Assembly (NCBI GenBank): GCA_963666415.2 | Contig: CAXXPD010000003.1 | Span: 144,961-208,960, forward strand | Length of the DNA stretch: 64,000 nt | Source: Dehalococcoidia bacterium | GTDB taxonomy: Bacteria; Chloroflexota; Dehalococcoidia; Lucifugimonadales; UBA3495 | Reading direction: 5' to 3' | Shown here: one piece after another, positions 36,385-48,961 of the stretch | Layout of the letters: each line of letters starts with the position of its first letter | Position numbering within the stretch: position 1 is the first letter of the stretch | Notes under the pieces: generated by a model | What the model saw: the letters and a program-made list of their open reading frames with translations, nothing else | The model's database searches: none | What the model was told of the DNA's origin: nothing | Made by a program: the position numbers and the translations under genes

Positions 36385-36577
36385 TCATGGGTTTGGCATC
36401 GAGTCAAGGTACTCAATCCACTCATCTATAGCGCTCCTGAGTTCGACTGTGGCTTTTTTCAATAGGATGATGGTCAATGCCGCAGTGATACGGTCCAAGT
36501 TGAAACGTAGTGGGTCTGCCTCCAAATCCTCCGCAAGCTGTTGAGTTTGCTGGATTGCGAGGCTGGCCTTGTCTAAT
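36385..36577 (-). pseudogene. 3' part of a small gene split by IS1380 copy 1
   Basis: Joins in frame to 41663-41799 once the 5081-bp IS nest and one TAAT copy are removed (...PAYRL|DKASLAIQQ...). Confidence 0.6.
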
Positions 36578-36599
36578 CCCCAATCCACCGAAAAGATTA

Positions 36600-37406
36600 G
36601 GTTCTGTTGACATTTCACCGTAACCAGATGAGAGCGGCAGTGAAATGCAGGAAGCCCAGGTATCTGGTGTCCAACTTCTCAAACCGGGAGAAGATCCGGC
36701 GGTAATGCTTTATTTTGTTGATGAAGCATTCGACCAGATGACGCTCCCGGTATAAATGTGTGTCGTAGTCGCAGGGTTGCTTCCGGTTGGAGCGTGGCGG
36801 AATGACCGGAGTCATGCCCCGCTCCAGAATGTGCTGGCGAAACCCCTGGGAGTCATACCCTTTGTCGGCCAGTACGTGCTCGCCAGCATAACCGGCGATC
36901 AAACCCTCCGCCTGGGTGATGTCGTGCTGTTGCCCGCCGGTCAGTATGAATCGCAAGGGGTTGCCCAAGCCGTCCACGCTCACGTGAATCTTGGTGCTGA
37001 ACCCACCGCGGCTCCGTCCCAGGGCCTGGGCTGCTTGGCCACCCTTTTTGGGGGAGCTCCCGCCGCGCAAGGGTGCGCCCGGACCACCGTGCTGTCAATG
37101 ATGAGGTATTCCAGATCAGGGTCGTCGGCCAAATGCTGATGCAGGAGTTCCCAGATACCCCGGTCGCTCCAGCGGGCGAATCGTTTGTAGACGCTGTTCC
37201 AGTTCCCATACTCGGCTGGAAGGAGCCGCCATTGGGCGCCGGAAAGATCGACCCACAGCACGGCTTCTATAAAACGTCGGCATTCTTCTTCCTGACCGAC
37301 GTACAGTTCGGTGCGACTACGCAAGAACTGGAGAATCTTGGTCCATTTATCTGGAGAGAGTTCAAGTCTTGACATATTTCCATTGTAACCAAATGTCAAC
37401 ACAGCC
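36600..37406 (-). mobile_element. IS5-family (IS427-like) insertion sequence, type B, copy 1 (807 bp)
   Basis: Ends GGTTCTGTTGACATTT / AAATGTCAACACAGCC. TA duplicated at 36598-36599 and 37407-37408. Inserted 22 nt inside the IS1380 left end. Confidence 0.85.
36615..37375 (-). CDS. IS5-family transposase made from two frames by a -1 frameshift
   Basis: ORFA ends ...STVVRAHPCAAGAPPK; ORFB begins KKGGQAAQALGRSRGGFSTKIH. The CCCCCAAAAAGG slippery run is shared with copy 2. Confidence 0.8.
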
Positions 37407-37520
37407 TAGTGTCGCGGCGTGCTGAAGGAGTAAGAAAGTGCTCCTGTGCTTCGGGGATAATGGTTTTGGAAAGACAAAACCGACCCGAAACAAGGAGCAC
37501 TCAAGCAACTGTCTTGAAAG

Positions 37521-38689
<1,169 letters not shown>

Positions 38690-39486
38690 ATGCTACCACG
38701 CAACGACCCCGACCGCATCCAAATCGCCTTCGACGACCACCGCCTGGTGGCCAATGCCGGGCTGCTCCTCCCGGTCACCCTCGCCCAGCACTTGGGTCTG
38801 CGTGAACTCGTCGACAACCATGTTGACCTCGCAGATGCGCCGGGGCGGGCGAATGCGGGAGACAAGATGCTGACCCTGGTGGCATCCGCGCTGGCGGGCG
38901 GCGACTGCATTGACGACGCCGACGTGTTGCGCACCGGCGGGACGGCTAGCGCCATCGGCTGCGTAGTCAAGGCGCCATCCACCCTGGGGACCTTCCTGCG
39001 CAGTTTCCGGTGGGGCCACGTCCGCCAGTTGGATCGGGGTGAGCCGGGAGCTGCTGGCCCGGGCCTGGTCGGCTGGGGCCGGACCCGGCGACGGGCCGTT
39101 GACCATCGACCTGGACTCCACCATCTGCGAGACATACGGTCTGGCCAAGGAGGGCGCGCGCGACCACGGCTACACCGGCCAGCGAGGCTATCACCCGCTG
39201 CTGGCCATTGCCGCCGGAACCGGCGACGTGCTGATGGCTCGGCTGCGCAAGGGCCGCGCCAACACCGTTCGGGGCGCCGCCCACTTTCTACGCGAGACGG
39301 TGGGGCGGGTACGCTACGGCGGGGCCAGAGGACAACTCACGGTGCGGGCTGACAGCGGCTTCTACACCCACGCCATCGTCGCCGTCTGCCGCAAGATGGA
39401 TGTGCGCTACTCCATCACCGTCCGCCAGCACGCCCGCCTGCGGAATATCATCGAGGCCATACCCGAGACTGACTGGACGCCGATCC
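38690..39486 (+). pseudogene. IS1380-family transposase, 5' part (frameshifted, then cut by IS256)
   Basis: MLPRNDPDRIQIAFDDHRLVANAGL... Frameshift near 39035 relative to copy 2 (RQLDRVSRELL). Interrupted after DWTPIP. Confidence 0.85.
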
Positions 39487-40854
39487 CAGTAGAGTCCCAG
39501 GAAGTGGTGTAAGAGTTAGACGGTTGGCAAAACGCTGACCACCGCGTCATCCTTGATCGGAAATGCCAGACCTGAACAAGGAGAACGACGGTGGTCAAGC
39601 AAAGAATGGATCTTTTGGAATTATTACGCAAGCGTGGTATGGACGGAGACGTGGACTTGCTGCGGGAAGCACTGCGGGTCCTGGTGGACGGCATCATGGA
39701 CGCCGAGGTTTCCGCCCAGATCGGCGCCCAGCACGGCGAACGCAGCCCGGAGCGGGTCACCTACCGCAACGGCTACCGCAACCGCACCTGGGACACCCGG
39801 GTGGGCACCATGGAGTTGCACATTCCCAAGCTGCGGGAAGGCAGCTACTTCCCCAGCCTGCTGGAACCGCGGCGGCGCAGCGAGAAAGCCCTGCTGGCCG
39901 TCATCCAGCAAGCCTATGTAGAAGGCGTGTCCACCCGACGGGTGGATGATCTGATCAAGGCCCTGGGCTGCGACGGCATCTCCAGCAGCCAGGTGTCGCG
40001 CATCTGCGAGCAACTGGACGAAGTGGTGGAGAGTTTCCTGGGTCGGCCCCTGGACGGTGGTCCCTACCCCTACGTGTGGCTGGACGGCCTGACCCAGAAG
40101 GTTGCGGGAGGGCGGTCGCATCGTCAACGTCTGCGTGGTGGTGGCGACGGGGGTCAATGCCGAAGGGCAGCGTGAGATCCTGGGTATGGACGTGGGCGCC
40201 AGCGAGGACGGCGCCTTCTGGCTGGCCTTCCTGCGGTCGCTGACCGCTCGGGGCCTCAGCGGGGTGGAGCTGGTAACCTCCGATGCTCACCAGGGGCTGA
40301 AGAACGCCATCGCCGCGGTGTTCACTGGGGCCAGCTGGCAGCGCTGCCGCACCCACTTCATGGCCAACCTGCTCACCCGAGTGCCCAAGCGTGCCCAACC
40401 TGGCGTGGCCACCATGGTCCGCACCATCTACCAGCAACTGTCTCCCGCCGAGGTCCACGGCCAATTGAGTCGAGTGGTGGAACAACTCCGGGAGCCCTTT
40501 GCCCAGGTGGCCGAACTGCTGGCGGATGCCGCGCCGGACATCCTGGCCTTCACGGCCTTCCCAGTGGCCCACTGGCAGAAGCTGTGGTCCAACAACCCGC
40601 AGGAACGGCTGAACCGGGAGATAAGGCGCCGGACTGACGTGGTGGGCATTTTCCCCAACCGGCTGTCGGCGCGGCGCCTGGTGGGCGCGGTGCTGGCCGA
40701 GCAACACGACGAATGGGCCGAAGCCCGCCGCTACCTCACCATCCCCAACGCCGCCGGCAACGAGGCACTGCCGACGCCCAATATGCTGGACGCAGCGGCC
40801 TGATCAACATCAAAAAGGATGACGCGCTTTTACACCTATTGACGGGACACTACC
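39487..40854 (+). mobile_element. IS256-family insertion sequence, copy C (nested in IS1380)
   Basis: The target CCGATTCC, intact in IS1380 copy 2, is duplicated at 39480-39486 (one T lost) and 40855-40862. Confidence 0.85.
39591..40803 (+). pseudogene. IS256-family transposase, frameshifted
   Basis: Two ORFs (39591-40175 and 40102-40803). Extra T near 40102 (AAGGTTGCGG versus AAGGTGCGG in the intact copy). Confidence 0.85.
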
Positions 40855-41391
40855 CCGATTCCCTACTGGATGGACGGCGCCGCCGACGTGGCGGAGACCA
40901 CCTACGTCCCCTTCCAGGATGAGCCCGACGCCGCACCGGTGCGGCTCATCGTCCGGCGGGTGCAGCCCACGCCCGGCTCCCAGCTGGCCCTCTTCGCCAG
41001 CTACAGCTATCACGGCTGCATCACCGACCGAGACGGGGACACCCTGGAACTGGAGGCCGACCATCGCCGCCACGCCGAGATCGAGAACGCCATCCGAGAC
41101 CTCAAGTACGGCGTCGGGCTCAACCATCTCCCCTCAGGCCGCTTCGCCGCCAACGGCGCCTGGCTGGCGGTGCAGGTGATGGCCCACAACCTGGCCCGCT
41201 GGACCGCGCGCATCGGTCTGGGTGAGCAACTGGTAACCACCAAGACCCTCCGACGACGCTTCTTCTCCCTCGCCGGACGGCTCACCCGCTCGGCGCGCCG
41301 CCTCACTTTGCATCTGCCCCAGCGCTGGCCCTGGGAAAACCAGTTCAGTCGCGCCTTGGCTCGATTGCGAGCCCTTCCACTCCCAGCCTGA
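40855..41391 (+). pseudogene. IS1380-family transposase, 3' part
   Basis: YWMDGAADVAETTYVPF...HRRHAEIENAIRDLKYGVGLNHLPSGRFAANGAW, colinear with copy 2. Confidence 0.85.
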
Positions 41392-41662
41392 CGGCGGCCG
41401 TCTGCCACTGACCCGCCATCCGGCCATCTGACCGTTCCCGCCAACTCGCGCCAACCCAGCCCGCGAAGGGCACTCCTTGCCCACCGCATCTCGAATTACG
41501 CCCGCCATGGCCACTGCGGGCCGCCATCATCGTGTCTGGGTGCCTACTTCACACCGCCCTCATCCCCATCTATTGGAACCTGGCCTGGCCTGTTCGCCCT
41601 CCCTTGCCCATCAACCCTAGTGTCAACTCCAGCGTACATCGCTTCGGTGGATTCGGGGTAAT

Positions 41663-41799
41663 CGGTAGGCTGGATCGGGATCGGCGTTGGCCGGGTTGGT
41701 GATCAACGACGCATTGTTTGAGACGCCTAATGCAAGCGTGATCCTTTCGATGTCCTCAGCGGGACGTACCATCGCCTGCGGTGTAATGTATTTTTCCAT
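41663..41799 (-). pseudogene. 5' part of the small gene split by IS1380 copy 1
   Basis: ATG at 41799. MEKYITPQAMVRPAEDIERITLALGVSNNASLITNPANADPDPAYRL is read directly from the sequence with no stop. Confidence 0.55.
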
Positions 41800-42200
41800 G
41801 CGTTGACTCCTATTGCTTTGGTACGCTCATCACGGGAAATGCCATGGTGCGGACGCTCCGTTCGCGGTTCAGGCATGGGGCGGCAGCGTAATGTTGTTCG
41901 TGTTGTTCGGTTCCGCATGGCTGGGAGGTAGGCAGGTCACCCGTAATGTGCGAGGACTAATCGCATAGTTGAGACGCCCAAAACGAAAACCCCGTTGGCT
42001 GGACGAGGGAAACGCAAAGCCAACGGGTACGTGGCCGCCAACGGCGTGGGTCACGCCGCCCAAACCGCGCTGGAATCACCGTGGTCGCGTCCGGCAGCAA
42101 TGTATTGATAGACGCGGTTGCGGCGCCCGGAACCGCTTGATGCGAATGTGGTGTGATACCATAAGTGCGAAACGTTCTGCTATATGGAATGCGATAGTCT

Positions 42201-43016
42201 ATGATTAACTCACCAGCACCTCCTGCGGGGATTTCCGGCAGGAACCGCCGCCTGTTGACCAAGTTGCACCGGGAGTTTCCGTCGCCGTTCATGGTGCGTG
42301 AGGCGGCCGGCGCGCTGGATTTCAGCATACCCCAGGCACGGCGGTTTCTGGCGTATCTGACGGAGCGTGGTTGGCTGGTGCGGGTTCATACGGGGCTCTA
42401 CGCCACTGTATCACTGGAGGCTGAATCCCCCTCCGAATGGCGGGAGGATCCCTGGGTGGTGGCAGCCAAGCTGTTTGGGCCGGACTGTTACCTGGGTGGG
42501 TGGACGGCGTGTGAACACTGGGATCTTACCGATCAGATATTCCACGAGACCGTGGTGTTCACCACGCGGCGGGTGCGCAGCGCGGAGACTGAGGTACAGG
42601 GCTTCCCCTTCCGGATCAGGCGCATCGCGCCAGAGCGCATCTTCGGCACCCGGCCGGTTTGGCGGGGCCGGATCAAGGTGGAGGTATCGGACCCCACGCG
42701 CACCGTGGTCGACCTGCTGGACAAACCTTCCCTGGGCGGAGGAATACGTCACGTGGCCGAGGTGGTCGACGAGTACTTCCGCGGCGAGCACCGTAACGAC
42801 GAACTCCTTGGTGATTACATGATGAAGGTCGGCAACGGGGCGGCCTACAAACGGCTCGGATATCTGTTGGAGGAGCTGGATGTTGTTTCGCCCAGCCTGC
42901 TAGGCAAGTGCCGGGACGGTGTCACCGCCGGCATAAGCATGCTGGATCCGGATCTGCCGAGGAAGGGGTCGGTGACAAGGCGCTGGAACCTTCGGGTGAA
43001 TGGCAACGTCAATTAG
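42201..43016 (+). CDS. abiEi: AbiEi-family antitoxin / transcriptional regulator
   Basis: 271 aa. Its architecture and its pairing with a downstream DUF1814-type NTase are typical of AbiE. The gap to the next gene is 12 nt. Confidence 0.7.
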   Translation: MINSPAPPAGISGRNRRLLTKLHREFPSPFMVREAAGALDFSIPQARRFLAYLTERGWLVRVHTGLYATVSLEAESPSEWREDPWVVAAKLFGPDCYLGGWTACEHWDLTDQIFHETVVFTTRRVRSAETEVQGFPFRIRRIAPERIFGTRPVWRGRIKVEVSDPTRTVVDLLDKPSLGGGIRHVAEVVDEYFRGEHRNDELLGDYMMKVGNGAAYKRLGYLLEELDVVSPSLLGKCRDGVTAGISMLDPDLPRKGSVTRRWNLRVNGNVN

Positions 43017-43028
43017 GGAGGAGGCCCG

Positions 43029-43862
43029 TTGATCAGTCAAACGGAACTCAACGAGAGGGTCCAACGGTGGGGCATGCGCCCGGAGGTGGTTGAAAAGGAC
43101 TACGTGATCGGGTGGGTGTTGTGGGGGATTGGGTCGGACCCAGACCTGGCCGACTGGTGGGCCTTCAAAGGCGGCACCTGCCTGAAGAAGTGCTACCTGG
43201 GAGATTACCGATTCTCGGAGGACCTGGATTTCACTTCTCTTCCTGATGGCACGGTCAGCGCCGCGGAGGTACTGCCGGCGCTGACGCGAATGCTGCAAAG
43301 GGTCAGCGATGAATCAGGCATAGATTTTCAGAGCCGGGAGCCGCGGTTTGGGATGCGCGACAATGGCACATCCGCCGAGGGCCGAATCTATTATCGAGGC
43401 CCGCGCAATGCGCCTCCGGTTCGGATCAAGCTCGACGTTACCACCACCGATGCTGAGCGTGTGGTGCTTCCGACGATGTGGCGACCGGTTTCCCATGAGT
43501 ACTCGGATGGTCTGCCGGAACCGGTGCCGGTGCGTTGCTACGGCCTGGAGGAGATTTTCGCCGAGAAGGTCAGGGCGCTGGGGGACCGGTGCCTGCCGCG
43601 GGACCTCTACGACGTCGTCAACCTGTTCAGAAGGCGTGAGCAGATCATTCACGCTGATCGGGTTGCGGAACTGTACGTGGAGAAATGTCGCAGCAAAGGC
43701 TTGCCAGTATTTACCCTGACCGACTTGGAAGGACAGGATTTGCGAGCGGAGATGGAGGTTGACTGGGTTCGTATGCTGGGAAATCAGCTTCCCGATCTCC
43801 CGCCGTTGGCAGAATACTGGGATGAGTTGCCGCTGGTCTTCGAATGGCTGGGCGTGGGCTGA
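43029..43862 (+). CDS. abiEii: AbiEii/AbiGii-family nucleotidyltransferase toxin (DUF1814)
   Basis: 277 aa. VVEKDYVIGWVL...AFKGGTCLKKCY...RFSEDLDF is the signature. Confidence 0.8.
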   Translation: MISQTELNERVQRWGMRPEVVEKDYVIGWVLWGIGSDPDLADWWAFKGGTCLKKCYLGDYRFSEDLDFTSLPDGTVSAAEVLPALTRMLQRVSDESGIDFQSREPRFGMRDNGTSAEGRIYYRGPRNAPPVRIKLDVTTTDAERVVLPTMWRPVSHEYSDGLPEPVPVRCYGLEEIFAEKVRALGDRCLPRDLYDVVNLFRRREQIIHADRVAELYVEKCRSKGLPVFTLTDLEGQDLRAEMEVDWVRMLGNQLPDLPPLAEYWDELPLVFEWLGVG

Positions 43863-44116
43863 CCGGCGCACGAGGGGCCGCACCGGCGAAGCGATGCGGC
43901 ATCGCCTGTCCGACCTGGCCACCCCTGAAAACATCTACACCGTGCAGATTGGTTCCGCCATCGGAACCCACGTCGGTCCGGGCGCACCCATTGGGCGGCT
44001 CCTCGGCGCAGGCGACCTGCACATGGTGTCTCGTGCGATCCCCGGTTCCTTGGCGATGGCTGTCCCGCACGGAGCACTTCACGTAATGACCCTTGGGCGA
44101 ACCACGACGGGTATTA

Positions 44117-44923
44117 GGGCGTGTTGACATTTGATTATAATGGCCGTATGTCAAACATCAGACTAGCACCAGAACAGTGGGCTAGGGTTCTCGATTTCTT
44201 GCGTGGCCGCACCGGCCTGTACGTTGGCCAGGAAGCGGATTGCCGGCGTTTTGTCGAGGCCGTCTTATGGATTAACCGCTCTGGGGCCCAATGGCGACTG
44301 CTGCCAGCCGAATACGGGAACTGGAACAGCGTCTACAAACGATTCGCCCGTTGGACTGACCAAGGTGTCTGGGCACAAATGCATCAACATTTCTGCGCCG
44401 ACGCGGATCTGGAATACCTGATCATCGACAGCACGGTGGTCCGGGCGCACCCTTGCGCGGCGGGAGCTCCCCCAAAAAGGGTGGCCAGGCGGCCCAGGCC
44501 CTGGGCCGGAGCCGCGGCGGGTTCAGCACCAAGATTCACGTGAGCGTGGACGGCTTGGGCAACCCCTTGCGATTCATCCTGACCGGCGGGCAACAGCACG
44601 ACATCACCCAGGCGGAGGAGTTGATCGCCGGTTATGCTGGCGAGCACGTACTGGCCGACAAAGGGTACGATGCCCAGGAGTTTCGCCAGCACATCCTGGA
44701 ACTGGGTATGATGCCGGTCATTCCGCCCCGCTCGAACCGCAAGGCACCCGCCGACTATGACCGGCATCTGTACCGGGAGCGCCATCTGGTGGAATGCTTC
44801 ATCAACAAGATCAAGCACTATCGCCGGATCTTCTCCCGGTTTGAGAAGCTGGACACCAGATACCTGGGCTTCCTGCATTTCACCGCCGCTCTCATCTGGT
44901 TGCGGTGAAATGTCAACAGAACC
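44117..44923 (+). mobile_element. IS5-family (IS427-like) insertion sequence, type B, copy 2 (807 bp)
   Basis: Ends GGGCGTGTTGACATTT / AAATGTCAACAGAACC. TA duplicated at 44115-44116 and 44924-44925. Confidence 0.85.
44148..44908 (+). CDS. IS5-family transposase made from two frames by a -1 frameshift
   Basis: The ORFA Met is at 44148. Slippery run CCCCCAAAAAGG at 44469-44480. ORFB runs to 44908. Confidence 0.8.
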
Positions 44924-45053
44924 TAGCAACCCATCGACTAGGATTGGTCGAAAGCCTTTCTGACATACCGGGAGGGTAGGACTCCGAATGCACCAGGGCT
45001 GCGAACTTCTCATTGTCACGTCAGACATCCCTGCATGTGAAAACCTGCCTTAG

Positions 45054-46765
45054 CCCGAATCCACCGAAGCGATGTACGCTGGAGTTGACACCAGGGTTGA
45101 TGGGCAAGGGAGGGCGAACAGGCCAGGCCAGGTTCCAATAGATGGGGATGAGGGCGGTGTGAAGTAGGCACCCAGACACGATGATGGCGGCCCGCAGTGG
45201 CCATGGCGGGCGTAATTCGAGATGCGGTGGGCAAGGAGTGCCCTTCGCGGGCTGGGTTGGCGCGAGTTGGCGGGAACGGTCAGATGGCCGGATGGCGGGT
45301 CAGTGGCAGACGGCCGCCGTCAGGCTGGGAGTGGAATTGCTCGCAATCGAGCCAAGGCGCGACTGAACTGGTTTTCCCAGGGCCAGCGCTGGGGCAGATG
45401 CAAAGTGAGGCGGCGCGCCGAGCGGGTGAGCCGTCCGGCGAGGGAGAAGAAGCGTCGTCGGAGGGTCTTGGTGGTTACCAGTTGCTCACCCAGACCGATG
45501 CGCGCGGTCCAGCGGGCCAGGTTGTGGGCCATCACCTGCACCGCCCGCCAGGCGCCGTTGGCGGCGAAGCGGCCTGAGGGGAGATGGTTGAGCCCGACGC
45601 CGTACTTGAGGTCTCGGATGGCGTTCTCGATCTCGGCGTGGCGCCGATGGTCGGCCTCCAGTTCCAGGGTGTCCCCGTCTCGGTCGGTGATGCAGCCGTG
45701 ATAGCGGTAGCTGGCGAAGAGGGCCAGCTGGGAGCCGGGCGTGGGCTGCACCCGCCGGACGATGAGCCGCACCGGTGCGGCGTCGGGCTCATCCTGGAAG
45801 GGGACGTAGGTGGTCTCCGCCACCTCGGCGGCGCCGTCCATCCAGTAGGGAATCGGCGTCCAGTCAGTCTCGGGTATGGCCTCGATGATATTCCGCAGGC
45901 GGGCTTGCTGGCGGATGGTGATGGAGTAGCGCACATCCATCTTGCGGCAGACGGCGACGATGGCGTGGGTGTAGAAGCCGCTGTCAGCCCGCACCGTGAG
46001 TTGTCCTCTGGCCCCGCCGTAGCGTACCCGCCCCACCGTCTCGCGTAGAAAGTGGGCGGCGCCCCGAACGGTGTTGGCGCGGCCCTTGCGCAGCCGAGCC
46101 ATCAGCACGTCGCCGGTGCCGGCGGCAATGGCCAGCAGCGGGTGATAGCCTCGCTGGCCGGTGTAGCCGTGGTCGCGCGCCCCCTCCTTGGCCAGACCGT
46201 ATGTCTCGCAGATGGTGGAGTCCAGGTCGATGGTCAACGGCCCGTCGCCGGGTCCGGCCCCAGCCGACCAGGCCCGGGCCAGCAGCTCCCGGCTGACCCG
46301 ATCCAGTTGGCGGACGTGGCCCCACCGGAAACTGCGCAGGAAGGTCCCCAGGGTGGATGGCGCCTTGATCACACACCCCAGCACCTGCTCGGTTCCCCCA
46401 GCGCGCAGCGCGTCGGCGTCGTCGATGCAGTCGCCACCGGCCAATGCCGAGGCCACCAAGGTCAGGAACTTGTCTCCCGCATTCGCCCGACCTGGCGCAT
46501 CTCCCAGGTCAACATTGTTGTCCACCAGCTCGCCCAGTCCCAGATGATGGGCCAAAGTGACCGGAAGGATCAGCCCAGCATTGGCCACCAGGCGATGATC
46601 GTCGAAGGCAACGTCGATGCGGTCGGGGTGCTCAAGTGGTAACATCTTTTGGGTGCTCCTTGTTTCGGGTCGATTTTCTGTTTCAAAAACCATTATCCCA
46701 GAAGCCGGGAGCACTTTCTCATCCCTTCATCACGCCGACACGCTCATCTTATCGGTGGATTGGGG
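45054..46765 (-). mobile_element. IS1380-family insertion sequence, copy 2 (intact, 1712 bp)
   Basis: Inverted repeats CCCGAATCCACCGAAGCGATG / ...CATCTTATCGGTGGATTGGGG. TTAG (possibly CTTAG) duplicated at 45050-45053 and 46767-46770. Confidence 0.85.
45320..46645 (-). CDS. IS1380-family DDE transposase
   Basis: The Met at 46645 (MLPLEHPDRID...) matches the start of copy 1; the ORF opens at 46714. HRRHAEIENAIRDLKYGVGL motif. Confidence 0.9.
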   Translation of the reverse strand: MLPLEHPDRIDVAFDDHRLVANAGLILPVTLAHHLGLGELVDNNVDLGDAPGRANAGDKFLTLVASALAGGDCIDDADALRAGGTEQVLGCVIKAPSTLGTFLRSFRWGHVRQLDRVSRELLARAWSAGAGPGDGPLTIDLDSTICETYGLAKEGARDHGYTGQRGYHPLLAIAAGTGDVLMARLRKGRANTVRGAAHFLRETVGRVRYGGARGQLTVRADSGFYTHAIVAVCRKMDVRYSITIRQQARLRNIIEAIPETDWTPIPYWMDGAAEVAETTYVPFQDEPDAAPVRLIVRRVQPTPGSQLALFASYRYHGCITDRDGDTLELEADHRRHAEIENAIRDLKYGVGLNHLPSGRFAANGAWRAVQVMAHNLARWTARIGLGEQLVTTKTLRRRFFSLAGRLTRSARRLTLHLPQRWPWENQFSRALARLRAIPLPA

Positions 46766-46813
46766 CTTAGTCTATAATGGACTAGTATTTCTCTTCGCAG
46801 GTAGCGCCTAACC

Positions 46814-47092
46814 TTGCAACACGCCAAACCACATCGCATCTGGACGGTAGCCGAAGCCAAGGCACGGCTGTCGGAGATTTTGCGCCTGGCCGAGTCGGAG
46901 GGCCCGCAGCACATCGGGGCGCGCAAGACCTTCGTGGTGGTGCCGGCGGAAACTTGGTACGCCAAGGCCGAACCGCCCCAGCACCTGGGACGGTGGTTGT
47001 TGGAGAACGTGCCACGGGGTCTCAATTGGGAAATCCCCAGCGACAGGCGGTCGGACCGCCCGATTCCATATGCCGATGGAGATAAGGCTTGA
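46814..47092 (+). CDS. Phd/YefM-type antitoxin partner of VapC
   Basis: 92 aa with a TTG start. WTVAEAKARLSEILRLAESEGPQHI. Overlaps vapC by 4 nt. Confidence 0.75.
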   Translation: MQHAKPHRIWTVAEAKARLSEILRLAESEGPQHIGARKTFVVVPAETWYAKAEPPQHLGRWLLENVPRGLNWEIPSDRRSDRPIPYADGDKA

Positions 47093-47508
47093 CCGGCTTT
47101 TTGCTGGACACCAACGTGATCTCCGAAGTGACCCGGGACGTACCCGATCCCCTAGTGTCAGCATTCCTTGCGGCGGAAGGCGACCTCTGGTTGCCGGTAG
47201 TCGTAGTGCATGAGATGGAATACGGAGTGTCGTTATTGCCATCTGGCCGCAGACGGGACCGATTGGTCGAGCTGCACACGGCCATCTACACCGCCTTCGC
47301 CGACCGCATATTGCCCCTGGATCGCTCCGGCGCGGAGTGGGCCGCTCGATTCAAGGCGGAAGCGCAACGTCTCGGACGGCCCATGGATTTGGGAGACGCC
47401 CTGATCGCCGGCATCGCCCGAGCCAACCAGTTGACTGTAGCTACGCGAAACGTCCGGGACTTCGAAACGGCAGCCGTCGATCTCGTCAATCCCTGGGATA
47501 ACCCATGA
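47089..47508 (+). CDS. vapC: VapC PIN-domain toxin
   Basis: 139 aa. FLLDTNVISE...GDALIAGIA...VATRNVRDF. Confidence 0.85.
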   Translation: MTGFLLDTNVISEVTRDVPDPLVSAFLAAEGDLWLPVVVVHEMEYGVSLLPSGRRRDRLVELHTAIYTAFADRILPLDRSGAEWAARFKAEAQRLGRPMDLGDALIAGIARANQLTVATRNVRDFETAAVDLVNPWDNP

Positions 47509-47654
47509 CCTCTCCGCTGAACGAGGCCGCCGTTGAGCAAGCTGCCATCGACTGGCTGAAGGGTCTGGACTGGCAGTACGCGTATGGGCCGGACATCGGG
47601 CCAGACGGCGCCACGCCGGAACGGGAGTCCTATGGCCAGGTGGTGCTGGAGCAG
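47505..47654 (+). pseudogene. hsdR: type I restriction enzyme HsdR, 5' remnant (about 50 codons)
   Basis: [50 protein letters not shown], then similarity stops. Its ATG overlaps the vapC stop (ATGA). Confidence 0.75.
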
Positions 47655-47832
47655 TGGGCAGTGTGTTCTTTAGTTAGTCGAAGCGCCTACGCGCAGTACC
47701 TCTCGACCATCAACAATTGCAGGACATACGGGCTACCGTTTGGGCGTTGGCGTTCCGCTCGCGTTGTATAATCACACCCAAGCCCCGGCGAAACGAACTG
47801 CCCGCCAATTACGCTGCTAAAGGGGGTGGATC

Positions 47833-48525
47833 ATGTCGACCGCCACTCATGACCCCATTTCGTCGCACACTTTTGAGGGGATCTACGACGTGCCCGAAGC
47901 CGCCCGGTACCTCCAAGCTGCGGCGCACGCCCAGCGCGTCTATCCTCTGAACTCCGCCAAACTCATTCGGTGGATCAGGCGGGGCATCGCGTCACCGGGT
48001 TTGACTAGCTTGCCGGGCGGCGAGTTGCTCATCGCATTTGAAGACCTCATATCCATGAGGGTGATTGCCGCGTTGCGTGCCGCCGGAGTGGGCTTCAAAG
48101 AAATCGACGCAACGGATCGGTGGCTGAGCCAACACACCGGCCACTCCAGGCCCTACGCCACCGAGTTCCTGTGGGCCGGGCAGGGTCAGTTGTTCGTGGA
48201 GTGGACGCACCAGTTGGTGTCCGGCAGCCGCAACGGGCAAATCGCCTTTGATACCTTGCGTGATTACGTTATCCCGATCCACGGGCTGCAATTCGATGCC
48301 GACTCGCGGGTGGCGGTGTCCTGGGAGGCCCTGGATGGCGTGGTGCTCCAGCCGCAGGTTCAATTCGGCGCTCCTTGCATTAAGGGGACACGAATACCCA
48401 CCCGCACCATCGTGGGGATGATCGCAGCGGGCGATCCCCCTGATTGGGTGGCGGGCGCCTACGGCATCTCGCACACTGAAGTTCAGGCTGCGTGTGACTG
48501 GGAATCGCGGTTACGACCCAACTAA
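47833..48525 (+). CDS. DUF433-type antitoxin-like protein with an N-terminal HTH region
   Basis: 230 aa. The C-terminal QFGAPCIKGTRIPTRTIVGMIAAGDPPDWVAGAYGIS is the DUF433 pattern. Confidence 0.65.
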   Translation: MSTATHDPISSHTFEGIYDVPEAARYLQAAAHAQRVYPLNSAKLIRWIRRGIASPGLTSLPGGELLIAFEDLISMRVIAALRAAGVGFKEIDATDRWLSQHTGHSRPYATEFLWAGQGQLFVEWTHQLVSGSRNGQIAFDTLRDYVIPIHGLQFDADSRVAVSWEALDGVVLQPQVQFGAPCIKGTRIPTRTIVGMIAAGDPPDWVAGAYGISHTEVQAACDWESRLRPN

Positions 48526-48928
48526 CCCGTCCTTCCTGCTGGACGAGTCCCTGGTGCCGGCCGTTGCACAAGCCCTGCAACTGGTCGGCTACAACATTTC
48601 CTCTGTGATGGATGTTTTCGGTCGTCGGGATGACGGCGTGAAAGACCCCGAGATCATAGAATGGTGTCGGACCAACCAAGCCATCTGGATTCACGCCGAT
48701 GACCGCGCCCGGCGCGAACACCGGGTTCAGTTGCAGACCAGCGGCATTGGGACGATATGGGTACATAGGCCCGGAGGTAGGTTGACCGCCCGTGAACAGC
48801 TCAGAATCCTGGCTTTCGCCTTACCCAGGATGATAGATACTTTGACACAGGGTTCCCGTCATAGGCATTATCGCGTAACCGCCACCAATCCCACGTCGAC
48901 ACCGTCTTTCCGGCGTGTTGATATTTGA
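48494..48928 (+). CDS. DUF5615 / PIN-like toxin candidate
   Basis: 144 aa with a GTG start. FLLDESLVPAVAQAL...DPEIIEW...IWIHADD. Confidence 0.55.
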   Translation: MTGNRGYDPTNPSFLLDESLVPAVAQALQLVGYNISSVMDVFGRRDDGVKDPEIIEWCRTNQAIWIHADDRARREHRVQLQTSGIGTIWVHRPGGRLTAREQLRILAFALPRMIDTLTQGSRHRHYRVTATNPTSTPSFRRVDI

Positions 48929-48961
48929 TCCACATTGCATAAAGCATTGTAAGTTAACTCC

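Noticed and set aside
43870-44010. A DegV-like C-terminal remnant (IGSAIGTHVGPGAPIG) after abiEii
   Set aside because: It is a single short motif with no start and no upstream similarity. That is too weak to annotate.
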